This document shows positions 7,899-16,917 of a DNA stretch of 35,205 bases, piece after piece. How positions within the stretch are numbered: the stretch's first letter is position 1; every line of letters begins with the position of its first letter. Source of the stretch: a virus (lineage: Duplodnaviria; Caudoviricetes); the IMG/VR virus record IMGVR_UViG_3300037309_000023, positions 1 to 35,205 of that record; one strand, given 5' to 3'. The position numbers were made by a program, and so were the translations under genes. The notes beneath the pieces are model-generated. The model was given only the letters and a program-made list of their open reading frames with translations, was not told the DNA's origin and ran no database searches.

Positions 7899-9377
7899 AT
7901 GAGCGCGCTTCTGACGAATTTTCATCCGCCCGGGCCGGTGGCGGAAGAGTTCATGCGGGATGTGACGTCGCTCTTCCCCGCCATCATGGGCCCAGTGGGC
8001 TCGGGGAAGACGACGACGGTGATTTGGAAGCGGTTCGCGCACGCGGCGATGCAGCCGGTCTGCCGCGATGGCATCCGCCGATCCAAGGCCGTGCACATTC
8101 ATACGAGTTTCCGGGATCTCGAAAAAACGTTGCTGGCGTCGTGGCTGCAATGGTGGCCTAAGAAGTCCGGCTATTCGGATTGGACGGGCGGCAATGATCG
8201 GCCGGCCGTGCACACGCTGCGCCTCGACGTGCGGGGCGTGACCACGGAAATCATCTCGGAATTTCGAGGGCTGGGCGACGAAAGCGCCGAAAGCGCCCTG
8301 CGCGGCTGGGAGGGTGACTTTGGCCATCTGGTCGAGATGGACCTTCTGGCGCCCGGCGTGTCGACCGCGTTGATCGGACGCCTGGCGCTGCGGCGGTATC
8401 CGGGCGGCGGGCTCCTGCCCGAGGGAGTGAGGCCGCATATTCAGATGGTCGGCGACCTGAACGCGCCGGATGTCGATAGCTGGGTGTATCGGGATTTTAT
8501 CGAGGCGCCAAAGCCAGGTTATAAGCTCTATCGACAGCCGGGCGGGCTTAGTCCAAACGCGGAAAATCGGGCGCGGGCGGCGCTGGAAGACTATCAGCGT
8601 ATGGCCGCGACCATGGCGGATTGGGAAAAACGAAGGTATATCGATAATCAGTTTGGGTATTCGCGCGACGGCAAGCCGGTTTACGCGGAATTCGATGACC
8701 AACGGCATATTGCCGCCGTGCATTTCGACCCAAATCTGCCGCTTGTAATTGGTTTTGATGTTGGGATGCAGCCGTCGGCGGTCTTTCTGCAGCCCTGTGC
8801 AAACGGGCAAGTTCGCGTATTGGCGGAAGTGGTCCCTGATCATGGTTGCGGAGCGTCGCGGCTTGCTGATCTACTCGTAGGGACATTAACAGGGCAGTTT
8901 TTTAAGGCGTCTGATGTCGTCGCATACGGCGATCCCGCCGCGCAGTATGGGGCGGATCGGGAGGCGGGCGAAAACACCGCGTTGGAAATCGTTCAGCGCC
9001 GGCTTGGCGTTCCGGTGTTAATCCCTGGCGACGGGTCAAATGAAATTGAAGTCAGGCTGGAGGCTGTCCGAGGCCACCTAAGAGCGACAATTGATGGTCG
9101 GACCCCTGCGCTTTTGGTCGACCCCTCTTGCAAGTACCTGATCAAGGGGTTTGCGTCCAAATACAGATTTCGACGTGAACGTGGGGCCAGTGATGTTTTC
9201 GTGGACCGCCCCGACAAATCGCAGCGCCCGTACGCCGACGTCCACGACGCGCTGCAATATGCCTGCCTGGGCATTCAGGGCCGCATGGGCGTGATCGCGG
9301 CGGCCGTGGGCGAGACGCGCGGCCGAAATGCGGCCGGATGGGGCGCCGCGCGGCCGGCGAAATTCAATGTCTTCTGA
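7899..9377 (+). CDS. terL: Terminase large subunit
   Basis: Walker A IMGPVGSGKTT, coupling-region GDLNAP, nuclease acidic motifs VIGFDVG, YGDPA and DVHDALQY; ATG at 7899. Confidence 0.93.
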   Translation: MSALLTNFHPPGPVAEEFMRDVTSLFPAIMGPVGSGKTTTVIWKRFAHAAMQPVCRDGIRRSKAVHIHTSFRDLEKTLLASWLQWWPKKSGYSDWTGGNDRPAVHTLRLDVRGVTTEIISEFRGLGDESAESALRGWEGDFGHLVEMDLLAPGVSTALIGRLALRRYPGGGLLPEGVRPHIQMVGDLNAPDVDSWVYRDFIEAPKPGYKLYRQPGGLSPNAENRARAALEDYQRMAATMADWEKRRYIDNQFGYSRDGKPVYAEFDDQRHIAAVHFDPNLPLVIGFDVGMQPSAVFLQPCANGQVRVLAEVVPDHGCGASRLADLLVGTLTGQFFKASDVVAYGDPAAQYGADREAGENTALEIVQRRLGVPVLIPGDGSNEIEVRLEAVRGHLRATIDGRTPALLVDPSCKYLIKGFASKYRFRRERGASDVFVDRPDKSQRPYADVHDALQYACLGIQGRMGVIAAAVGETRGRNAAGWGAARPAKFNVF

Positions 9378-9750
9378 GGGTATCCGGCCGGCGACGTGGC
9401 TTGATGTGGTCGCGATCGTGCCGCGCGCGCCCGTCGGCGTGGTCGTGGGCCTGCGCAGCCAGCTGGAGGCCGGGCCGGCCTATGCGCTGACGCGGGGCGG
9501 GCGCGTGGTGATGATCGCGGGCCTGGTGCCACTGCCGGGCGGTGGCGCCGGGGGCTGGTTCGTGCCCGGGCCGGGCGCGGCAAGCGCCATGCGCGCGATG
9601 GTGCGCCACGCGCGATTGACGCTGGCGGCCGCGCCGTATCGTCCCGTCATCGTGCAGGTGAAAAGCGAGGCGGGGCGCCGGATCGCGCGGGCCATCGGCT
9701 TTTCGCCTGGGTGGGGTGGCGGCCCGGATGAGGTGATGACCTATGGGTGA
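9367..9750 (+). CDS. GNAT-like virion-module protein
   Basis: IRPAT start, VVMIAGLV..GGWF and AGRRIARAIGF end resemble the GNAT-fold gene found in podovirus head modules. Confidence 0.5.
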   Translation: MSSEGIRPATWLDVVAIVPRAPVGVVVGLRSQLEAGPAYALTRGGRVVMIAGLVPLPGGGAGGWFVPGPGAASAMRAMVRHARLTLAAAPYRPVIVQVKSEAGRRIARAIGFSPGWGGGPDEVMTYG

Positions 9751-9934
9751 GATGTTCGGCGGCGGCGCCAAGGAAACGGCCGAAAAGCAGCAGCGAATGG
9801 CGATTGCCCAAGCGGCTCGGCAGTCGGCGGACGCGGACCGTGCGTTGGCGGCCGCGCGCGGCGGCGCAAGCGGCAAGGGCCAGCGCCTGTTGCGCTTCCT
9901 CGATCCGACCAACCAGCAAAAGACGTTGGGTTGA
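9743..9934 (+). CDS. Small virion/assembly protein preceding the portal
   Basis: MGEMFGGG...KTLG pattern typical of the short pre-portal gene; GAGGTG RBS. Confidence 0.65.
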   Translation: MGEMFGGGAKETAEKQQRMAIAQAARQSADADRALAAARGGASGKGQRLLRFLDPTNQQKTLG

Positions 9935-9937
9935 TCC

Positions 9938-11515
9938 ATGGCCGACCTCGAAAGCCTGAAGCGGCGGCGAGCTACGGCTAAGGCGCATTACGACGCGCAC
10001 AAGCCTATGCTCGACGATGTCTATGACTTTGTTTTGACGCACCGAAAATCGACCCGCGACACCGGCAACGGCGAGCGCCGCGAGGGCCGCGTGTTCGACT
10101 TGACCGCGCCAACGGCCGTGATGCGCGGCGCCGGCCGGCTGCATCAAGACTTGGTTCCGCCCGGCTTTTTCCGGCTCGAGTTGGGGCCGCTCGCGCGGCT
10201 CGCGCTGAAGGGTTCGCCGGCCGAGCTGGCGAGCGCGCAATTACAGCTCGAGGAAATCTCGGGCATCGTGGCCACGTTTTTCGAGAGTGGCGAGTGGGAT
10301 AATGCCTTTCTTGAAATGTCGCTCGACCTGCTGGCGGGCACCGGCTGCATGCTGATCCTACCGGGAGACGACGCCCGGCCGGTGCGGTTCGCCTGTATCC
10401 CGATCAACGAAGTGATCTTGGAGGGTGGCGCTTATAGCGATATCGCTGGGATTTATTGGACGCGGCAATGGTCCTATCGCGCGCTGCGCGAGGCCTACCC
10501 GGAAGGAAAGTTCGGGCAAAAATTCAAAGACCAGGAAGTGGCCGATGCCGACAAAATGGTCGACTGCCACGTCTATTCGACGTGGAACGCCAAGAAGAGC
10601 CAGTGGGACTTGGCCGTCCAAGCGGACTGCGACAACGAAATCATTCACGAGGCCGGGACGATCACCTGCCCGTTTATCACGCCGCGCTGGTGGCTGATCC
10701 CCGGCGAGGTTTATGGGCGCGGCCCGATCACACAGGCGCTCCCGGCGATCCGCACGGTGAACCTGGCGCAGCAGCTGCAATTGCAGACGGCGGCGATCGT
10801 GCTGAGCGGGATCTACACGGCGGTTGATGACGGCGTGTTCAACCCGGCTGCGTCGCCGGTGGCGCCCGGCGCGTTCTGGAAGGTGGCGCGCAATGGCGGC
10901 GTCGCGGGGCCGTCGGTCGTGCGTCTGCAAGACCCTCGGATCGACCTGTCCCAAATCATCATCAAGGATTTGCAAATCGCCATTCAAGGCGCGCTGCTCG
11001 ACGCCACCTTGCCGCCCGATGGCGCGGCGGTGCGTTCGGCGACCGAGATCATCGAGAGGGTCAAAAAGATGGCGTCGGACTATACCGGCGCTTTCGGGCG
11101 GCTCGTCTCGGAGATCGTCGTGCCCGTGATCAAGCGCGTGATGGAAATCGCATATAATCGCCAGCTCATCGCGACAAAGGTGCCGATCGATCAGCTGTTG
11201 GTTAGGGCGCGCGTGGTGTCGCCGCTCGCGCAAGCGCGCCAGGCGCGCGAGGTGGAGGTGATCACGCAAGGCCTACAAATGGTGGCCGCGCTCGACCCAT
11301 CGCTGATCCCGCGCCTGATCCAGTTGGAGCCGGCTTTGTTCGAGGTGCTGCGCGCCATGGGGGTCCCTGAGCGTCTTTTCACGACGCTCGAACAGCGCGC
11401 CGCGATCGACAAGCGCGAAGCGCAGGCGGCGGCGGCGGCGCAGCTGATGGCGGCGGCGCCGGCCGCCAAGGATGCCGCGCAAGCCGCCGCGACGGCCGCG
11501 ACGATAGGAGCCTGA
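9938..11515 (+). CDS. Portal (head-to-tail connector), T7/BPP-1 type
   Basis: VFDLTA, LAGTGCM, PRW..IPGEVYGRGP, RSATEIIER and VVSPLAQA motifs; 525 aa. Confidence 0.93.
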   Translation: MADLESLKRRRATAKAHYDAHKPMLDDVYDFVLTHRKSTRDTGNGERREGRVFDLTAPTAVMRGAGRLHQDLVPPGFFRLELGPLARLALKGSPAELASAQLQLEEISGIVATFFESGEWDNAFLEMSLDLLAGTGCMLILPGDDARPVRFACIPINEVILEGGAYSDIAGIYWTRQWSYRALREAYPEGKFGQKFKDQEVADADKMVDCHVYSTWNAKKSQWDLAVQADCDNEIIHEAGTITCPFITPRWWLIPGEVYGRGPITQALPAIRTVNLAQQLQLQTAAIVLSGIYTAVDDGVFNPAASPVAPGAFWKVARNGGVAGPSVVRLQDPRIDLSQIIIKDLQIAIQGALLDATLPPDGAAVRSATEIIERVKKMASDYTGAFGRLVSEIVVPVIKRVMEIAYNRQLIATKVPIDQLLVRARVVSPLAQARQAREVEVITQGLQMVAALDPSLIPRLIQLEPALFEVLRAMGVPERLFTTLEQRAAIDKREAQAAAAAQLMAAAPAAKDAAQAAATAATIGA

Positions 11516-11519
11516 ATTC

Positions 11520-11909
11520 ATGGACCCCAACGCCTTTATGCGCCACGCGGCGCCGACGCGCGAGACTGGCGCGGTGATGCCGTCCGAAATCAGCGCGGCG
11601 GCGGGGCTCGACCCCTACCTGATCAACACGTTGTTTTCAGCCCAAGCCGCCGCGATCGATCGGCAAAAGCTGGCGGACCAAAAGCGGGTTGACGAGCGGC
11701 GCCGGTTGGCGTCGGCCGTGGCGCGCCTTTTCGCGACCGACGACGGCAAGCTTCTGCGCGGCTATCTCGACCGGGTGTTGAGCGAGCCGACGTTCTTAGC
11801 GCTGAAGGGCTTGGGCAATGATGAATTTGTGCAGATCGGGGCATTCCGCGAAGGCTGCAATGCCACGATCCGCGCGCTGTTTGAGCTGGAAAGGGAAGCC
11901 GAAACATGA
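11520..11909 (+). CDS. Bbp19-like phage protein
   Basis: LFATDDGKLL...AFREG motif, between portal and scaffold. Confidence 0.65.
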   Translation: MDPNAFMRHAAPTRETGAVMPSEISAAAGLDPYLINTLFSAQAAAIDRQKLADQKRVDERRRLASAVARLFATDDGKLLRGYLDRVLSEPTFLALKGLGNDEFVQIGAFREGCNATIRALFELEREAET

Positions 11910-12805
11910 CCGACACCGCCGCCGCATCCACCACCCCCGCCACTTCCGAAGCCGCGAAGGGCGCCGCCGCGCCGTCCGCCGACGCGGCCGCCCCGGTCAA
12001 GGGCGCGCTCGACGCCGCGAAGCCGGCCGCGACGGACGCGACGAAAGACCAGGCCGCGCCGCCCGCGGCCGACCAGACCGAAGCCAAGCCGGGGGGGTAT
12101 CGCCCGGACGGGTTGCCGGAACATCTCCTTGGGATGAGCGACAAGGAGACGATCGACAACCTCAAGAAAGCGTACGAGGGCGCGCGGGGCAAAATCGCGG
12201 AAGGTGTGCCCAAGACCCCGGATGAATACGAGTTCAAGCCCTCGGAAGAAGCGGCCAAGCTGTTCGGGGCCGACCTGAAAGCCGACCCGGTCTTGACGGC
12301 GCTGCGCGCGCAAGCGCACGCGGCCGGCCTGAAGGGCACGCAGTTCGACGCCTTTTTGAATGGGGCGATCCCCGAGTTGACGAAGCTCGGCATCGTGACG
12401 CCACCGATTGACCAGAAGGCGGACCTGGAAGCCTTGCGGGATCAGCTGCGCGGCATGGGGCGCGCGCATGATGACCAGGCGGTGACGGCCGAGATCGCGA
12501 AGTACGACGCGTTTATCGATGTGTTCGGGAAGCAGGCGGGTCTTGACCCGGCCGCGATCCAAACCATGAAGGCGTTCGCCGACCTGCCGGCGGGCTATCC
12601 GGTGCTTCGAGCGATTGAAAAGGCGCTCGGCGCGGCGCCAATCGCCATGGGCGGCGGTGGCGCGGCTGCCCAATGGACCAAGGAAAGCTTGCGCGCGGCG
12701 CAGGCCGACCCGCGCGCCGACATGAACAGCCCCAAATATGACGCGAAGTTCGCCGCCGAAATCGATCGCGGATATCAGCAACTTTATGGGCGCGGCAACG
12801 GTTGA
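11906..12805 (+). CDS. Capsid assembly (scaffolding) protein
   Basis: Ala/Pro-rich N-terminus, RPDGLPE, PKTPDEYEF, C-terminal DPR...YQQLYG; directly precedes capsid. Confidence 0.8.
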   Translation: MTDTAAASTTPATSEAAKGAAAPSADAAAPVKGALDAAKPAATDATKDQAAPPAADQTEAKPGGYRPDGLPEHLLGMSDKETIDNLKKAYEGARGKIAEGVPKTPDEYEFKPSEEAAKLFGADLKADPVLTALRAQAHAAGLKGTQFDAFLNGAIPELTKLGIVTPPIDQKADLEALRDQLRGMGRAHDDQAVTAEIAKYDAFIDVFGKQAGLDPAAIQTMKAFADLPAGYPVLRAIEKALGAAPIAMGGGGAAAQWTKESLRAAQADPRADMNSPKYDAKFAAEIDRGYQQLYGRGNG

Positions 12806-12824
12806 CGCGCCGCCGTCCCGCCTA

Positions 12825-12948
12825 GCGTCGGGTCAGCCACATAGACGGCGGACCCGACGCGCGATTGGCCTCTCCGGCCCTCCGGACCCGAAAGCGCATG
12901 GCCTCTCTGCCTCGGTGGATACCCATCCATTGACGCGAGGACATAGCG
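12825..12948 (+). promoter_or_regulatory. Structured leader upstream of the major capsid gene
   Basis: Perfect 10-bp stem 12825-12834/12851-12860; TGGCCTCTC twice; CCTCG (12910-12914) can pair with CGAGG in the RBS (12936-12940). Confidence 0.55.
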
Positions 12949-13809
12949 ATGAGCGACACCGCTCCCAGTTGGTTCGTTGAACAGTACCGCGACCGGGTGA
13001 CCCACGTTTACCAGTCGAAGGGCTACCTGCTGAAGGGCATGGTGATGCCCGAAGGGACGCTCGAAGGCACCCGCGCCTATTGGCCGGTGATGGCGACCGG
13101 TACCGCCCGCAAGAAGGTGCGCGGCAATACCGCCGTGCCGATGAACGCCGGCAAGAGCCGCGTTTCGGCCGACCTCGAAACGTTTGAGGCGTTTGACGAG
13201 GTGCACACGTATGACCTATCGCGCCTCGGCCCGAACGAAAAACAGGCCATCCAGGAAAGCGGCGCCATGGCGCTCGGCCGATCGGTCGACGGCGAAATCA
13301 TCACTAAAATGAACGCGTCGGCCGCGACCAGCGGCGCGAACTACATCGCCAATACCTCGACGGCCTTTGGCCTCGTGGAGGCGATGAGCATGGTTCAGGC
13401 GCTCCAAGCCAAGGAAGTGCCGATGGACGGCAACATTTGGTGCGGGCTTCACTCCAAGCTCTGGAACCATCTGATGTCCTGGAAGCAGTTTTCGAGCGCG
13501 GACTATGTCGGCGCCGATCTGCCATTTAAGGCAAGCCGTCCGGGTAAGACCTGGAACAACGTGAATTGGTTCTTGATCCCCGACACCTATTTGCCGGTGC
13601 CGACCACGAACCAGATCGACGTCTTCATGTGGCACAAATCGGCGCTCGGATGGGCCAATAACGCCGACCTGAAGACCATGATGCAGTGGGACAACCGCGC
13701 CGGCTGCTGGACGATCCGCATGGAAGCCGAGGGCGCGGCCGTCTGCATTCAGCCGGACGGCATCGTCCGTGGGCGCTTCCTGACCAACCAGGCAATCACC
13801 GCGAACTGA
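12949..13809 (+). CDS. Major capsid protein
   Basis: WFVEQY..V.HVYQ..G start, AMALGRSVD, SSADYV and GAVCIQPDGIV-like end; strongly biased codons; follows scaffold. Confidence 0.88.
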   Translation: MSDTAPSWFVEQYRDRVTHVYQSKGYLLKGMVMPEGTLEGTRAYWPVMATGTARKKVRGNTAVPMNAGKSRVSADLETFEAFDEVHTYDLSRLGPNEKQAIQESGAMALGRSVDGEIITKMNASAATSGANYIANTSTAFGLVEAMSMVQALQAKEVPMDGNIWCGLHSKLWNHLMSWKQFSSADYVGADLPFKASRPGKTWNNVNWFLIPDTYLPVPTTNQIDVFMWHKSALGWANNADLKTMMQWDNRAGCWTIRMEAEGAAVCIQPDGIVRGRFLTNQAITAN

Positions 13810-13827
13810 TCGGCCGCGCGGCGCGCG

Positions 13828-13859
13828 GCTGAAGCCCCGCGCCGCTGAAGCCCCGCGCC
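13828..13859 (+). repeat. 16-bp tandem duplication GCTGAAGCCCCGCGCC
   Basis: Two exact adjacent copies in the intergenic region after the capsid gene. Confidence 0.85.
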
Positions 13860-13894
13860 GCCCCTCCCCTTTCTCGAAGCAAAGGATCGCCGTC

Positions 13895-14179
13895 ATGGCT
13901 TTCACCGTCGATACCCTCAAACGGATCACCATTGGTCCGTCGCTCGGCACGGGCCGCAACAGCGTCAAGTCGCTGTGGATGTACGTCACCAACGACACGG
14001 CGGCGGCCGTGGAGACCACCGGCTACTTCAACGCCAACGTCGCCAACTTCTCGGCCGGCGATCAAATCAGCGCCTCGCTTGACATGGACGGCACGCCGGA
14101 AGGCCGGATCTACCTCGTCACGGCGGTCACCGCCACGGCGGTCACGGTCGCGCCGTTCAAGGCTACCGCCATCGCGTGA
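13895..14179 (+). CDS. Small capsid-associated (decoration/spike-base-like) protein
   Basis: 94 aa, beta-rich, directly after capsid and before a terminator-like hairpin; NDTAAAVETTGYFN motif; AAGGA RBS. Confidence 0.7.
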   Translation: MAFTVDTLKRITIGPSLGTGRNSVKSLWMYVTNDTAAAVETTGYFNANVANFSAGDQISASLDMDGTPEGRIYLVTAVTATAVTVAPFKATAIA

Positions 14180-14199
14180 TCTTGATCGGCGGCGGCGGC

Positions 14200-14239
14200 G
14201 CGGCGCGGGGGGTCCGTGGCGGCGGCCCCGCGCCGCTTT
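14200..14239 (+). terminator. Terminator-like hairpin after the capsid/decoration genes
   Basis: GCGGCGCGGGG/CCCCGCGCCGC 11-bp stem followed by only TTT. Confidence 0.55.
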
Positions 14240-14272
14240 CCCAACCAAATTCGATGCTTTTGGGGCGGTGAT

Positions 14273-16264
14273 ATGACCGTAAATGAAGCGCAATTGCGCC
14301 GTCTTGCTGCTGGCCCGTCCAAGGGCATCGGCGGCGCCAGCGTGAAGAGCCAGTGGATGCTAGCGACCGACGACACGTTGGCGGCGATCGAGGCGCCGGG
14401 GTACTTTAATAGCCAGGTCGACCAGCTCGTGGTGGGCGATCAGATTTTCGTCTCGGCTAATCTGGCCGTTGCGCCGACCACACAAACCTATGTCGTGTCG
14501 GCCAAGACGCAGACGACGGTGACGGTGCGACAAAGTAATGAGGAGTGGTCATTTCATACGCGCGACGCCGCCGTGGCCGCGATCGCGAGCGGCTTGATGC
14601 CAAAAGCCAACTTCGTTTATTATATTCAAGGCGAACAATACATCGGGGCCGCAGGCGCTTCCGCTCTCCCCGGCTTGCCCGGCCTCTTACCAGTTGCCCC
14701 GGCGCGGCGCGCGCATTGGGGGGTGGACGATCTCCTTGGTGTCGAGTGCGAAGTTGTCGCGTCCGGTGGCATGTCGGACGCCACGACGTGCCGAACCAAA
14801 CTTCCGCCGCTCGTAATTTTCGTGTCTGGTCAGTCCAACGCGGAAAACCTTGATGCCGCCGACGCGGCCACGCGGGCGCCGCTGCCGAGGCGGGTGCGCC
14901 ATTGGTCTTACTACGGTTCCGGCATCGCGTCGGACGAGGCGGCGACGAATTTCGTCGGCGAATGGATCGCCGGCAGCAAGCGGACCGCATCCGACCCGGT
15001 GCTTTATATGTCGTGGGGTCGAGGCATCGCCGAGGCGGCAGCCGAAGAATATCCAGATCGACCGATCTATATTTTAAGCGTGGCCAAGGGCGGCCTATCC
15101 ATCGCGCAGTGGATCGATGGGGCGGCTCATCCAAGGATGATGACCGCGATCCGTAACAACGTCCCGGTTGCGCTGGCGGCGATCGAAGATGAGACCGGAT
15201 GGCCCGTTGAGGCGGTTGACGTCTTCGGTTGGAGGCATGGAGAAAGCGACTATCTTTCATCGACGTATCGGTCGCAGTTTGACACGTTCATGGACCAACT
15301 CTGGGATGAGGATTGGTTTCGTCGTTCGACCCCAATCGTCATGTCCGGCATGCCAAGGTTCGGAGCGAGTTGGGAGCCTGGCAACAAAAACATCATGGAG
15401 TGCGTCGCGGCGGAGCCCGAGCACAGAGTGTTCGTCGACCCGGGTTTTCTGCCAATCGAGTATTGGTACGGCCCAACCTACGTGCACATGACGAATGGTG
15501 GATACAGGTTGTCTGGCCGCGCGGCGTGGGATGCTCTCCAAGGGCGCGGCGGCGTGCGGCCTAATCATCGGATCGTCTACGATAGCGTCACTGGCCGCAT
15601 GCTGTTCGGAGATGGGCGACCGGGCGGGCATGAGTTTACGTTCGCGAAAAATCAAAACGACACAACATCCGTCGCGATCTCAAATAACGACACGGGCGCC
15701 GCGACGATTGCAAGCCTATTGTGGGCGGCGGGCCTAACTGCGGACGCGCAAATCGCGGCTGGGGATGGCGCAATTGGTCAAATCCAAGTGTTCGGCGATG
15801 GCCGGATGCAGGTGCGGCATGATGGCATTGGTAATCTTGACATTCAGCATGACCGGGAGGCGGGTCTGATCCGATGGATCCATTCTGGGCAGGTGGTGCT
15901 GTCGGTGTCTAGCAGTGGGCTGCTTACTGGCATTGCGATCACGCAATCGGCGGCGGACGCGACGGCGGGGCGGCTGATTAAGGTTGGCGATTTTGGGCTC
16001 GGCGGCCAGAGCTCCCCCTTGATCGCGGACCTGGACGCCGCATCCATTCCGGGCGGCATGAAGTATCGCTACGACACTGCCGCGTCGCCGACACCCACGA
16101 CCGGAACGCTGCCGAGCGGAGCCGCCGCCTCTGGGTGGGTCGAGACGGTCCGGTTCGACGGCGGCACCTTGCTAATGGTCCTCACGGAAAATGCCTCCGC
16201 GCTGCGCACGTGGCGCCGCCGCCGCACTGGTGGCACGTGGGGCGCGTGGCAGGGTCCAACTTAG
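14273..16264 (+). CDS. Fibre/spike protein: decoration-like N-domain, SGNH (sialate O-acetylesterase-like) domain, fibre-tip C-terminus
   Basis: First 85 aa paralogous to 13895-14179; VIFVSGQSNA, VAKGG, WRHGESD and YVHM blocks; TQSAADATAGRLIKVGDFGLG and TWRRR..GGTWGAW are tail-fibre-type motifs; lower GC. Confidence 0.8.
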   Translation: MTVNEAQLRRLAAGPSKGIGGASVKSQWMLATDDTLAAIEAPGYFNSQVDQLVVGDQIFVSANLAVAPTTQTYVVSAKTQTTVTVRQSNEEWSFHTRDAAVAAIASGLMPKANFVYYIQGEQYIGAAGASALPGLPGLLPVAPARRAHWGVDDLLGVECEVVASGGMSDATTCRTKLPPLVIFVSGQSNAENLDAADAATRAPLPRRVRHWSYYGSGIASDEAATNFVGEWIAGSKRTASDPVLYMSWGRGIAEAAAEEYPDRPIYILSVAKGGLSIAQWIDGAAHPRMMTAIRNNVPVALAAIEDETGWPVEAVDVFGWRHGESDYLSSTYRSQFDTFMDQLWDEDWFRRSTPIVMSGMPRFGASWEPGNKNIMECVAAEPEHRVFVDPGFLPIEYWYGPTYVHMTNGGYRLSGRAAWDALQGRGGVRPNHRIVYDSVTGRMLFGDGRPGGHEFTFAKNQNDTTSVAISNNDTGAATIASLLWAAGLTADAQIAAGDGAIGQIQVFGDGRMQVRHDGIGNLDIQHDREAGLIRWIHSGQVVLSVSSSGLLTGIAITQSAADATAGRLIKVGDFGLGGQSSPLIADLDAASIPGGMKYRYDTAASPTPTTGTLPSGAAASGWVETVRFDGGTLLMVLTENASALRTWRRRRTGGTWGAWQGPT

Positions 16265-16281
16265 CCGGAGTAAAATTGAAC

Positions 16282-16917
16282 ATGCCCGTGGTTGCCACCA
16301 AGCTCGACGTGATCAACCAAGCCATGGCGCGGCTGGGCGGGGAGCCGTTCGCCAGCTTGTCGGACGTGGTGCCGGGCGCCGGCATGGCGTCGATCATCTA
16401 CGATCAAGTGGTGTCGGTGATGTGCGGCGCCTATCCGTGGCCGTTTTCGACCCAGATGTTTAGTCTTGTGCTTGCCGAGACCGTGCCGGCCGATGGGTTC
16501 CTGCGGGCATTCACGCTGCCCGAAGATCGGCTGGGCGACCCGCTGTCGCTGCACGCGAAACCAAAAGAACCTGGCCTCGTGGAAACTCGCTATAGGCTGG
16601 TGGGACAGCAAGTGTGGAGTGACGCCCCGGCCCTGTGGGCCTCGTGTTTGGTTTTGACGCCGCCTTACCGGTGGACGCCGGGCTTCGTCGAGGCCGTCGT
16701 GCTTGCGCTCGCCAGTGAATTGGCGCTGCCGATCTGCGGCGATGACGGCAAACGGGAGACGTTCGCGCGCGCGGCGGCTGGCACTCCAAGCGAGGGCGGG
16801 CGTGGCGGGGCGATCGGGCGCGCGATGCAGCTCGCCGGCCGCGCGCAATCGGTCGCGGCCCTGCCGCTGGCGTCAAACCCGATGACGCAAGCGTGGCGGG
16901 GGAGCGGCCAATGGTAG
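16282..16917 (+). CDS. Tail tubular protein A-like adaptor
   Basis: KLDVINQAMARLG, YPWPFS, FTLPED and FVEAVVLALASELALP motifs. Confidence 0.8.
   Translation: MPVVATKLDVINQAMARLGGEPFASLSDVVPGAGMASIIYDQVVSVMCGAYPWPFSTQMFSLVLAETVPADGFLRAFTLPEDRLGDPLSLHAKPKEPGLVETRYRLVGQQVWSDAPALWASCLVLTPPYRWTPGFVEAVVLALASELALPICGDDGKRETFARAAAGTPSEGGRGGAIGRAMQLAGRAQSVAALPLASNPMTQAWRGSGQW

Noticed and set aside
7576-7902. 108-aa ORF filling the terS-terL gap and the N-terminal TerL extension from 7782
   Set aside because: Low-complexity Arg/Gly/Pro translation; the region looks like a cis-acting site and TerL motifs start at 7899
8548-8886. Antisense gene explaining the AT-richer TerL patch
   Set aside because: Translation has no protein-like pattern and covers only part of the patch
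14273-16264. Diversity-generating retroelement as in BPP-1
   Set aside because: No reverse transcriptase and no template/variable repeat pair seen
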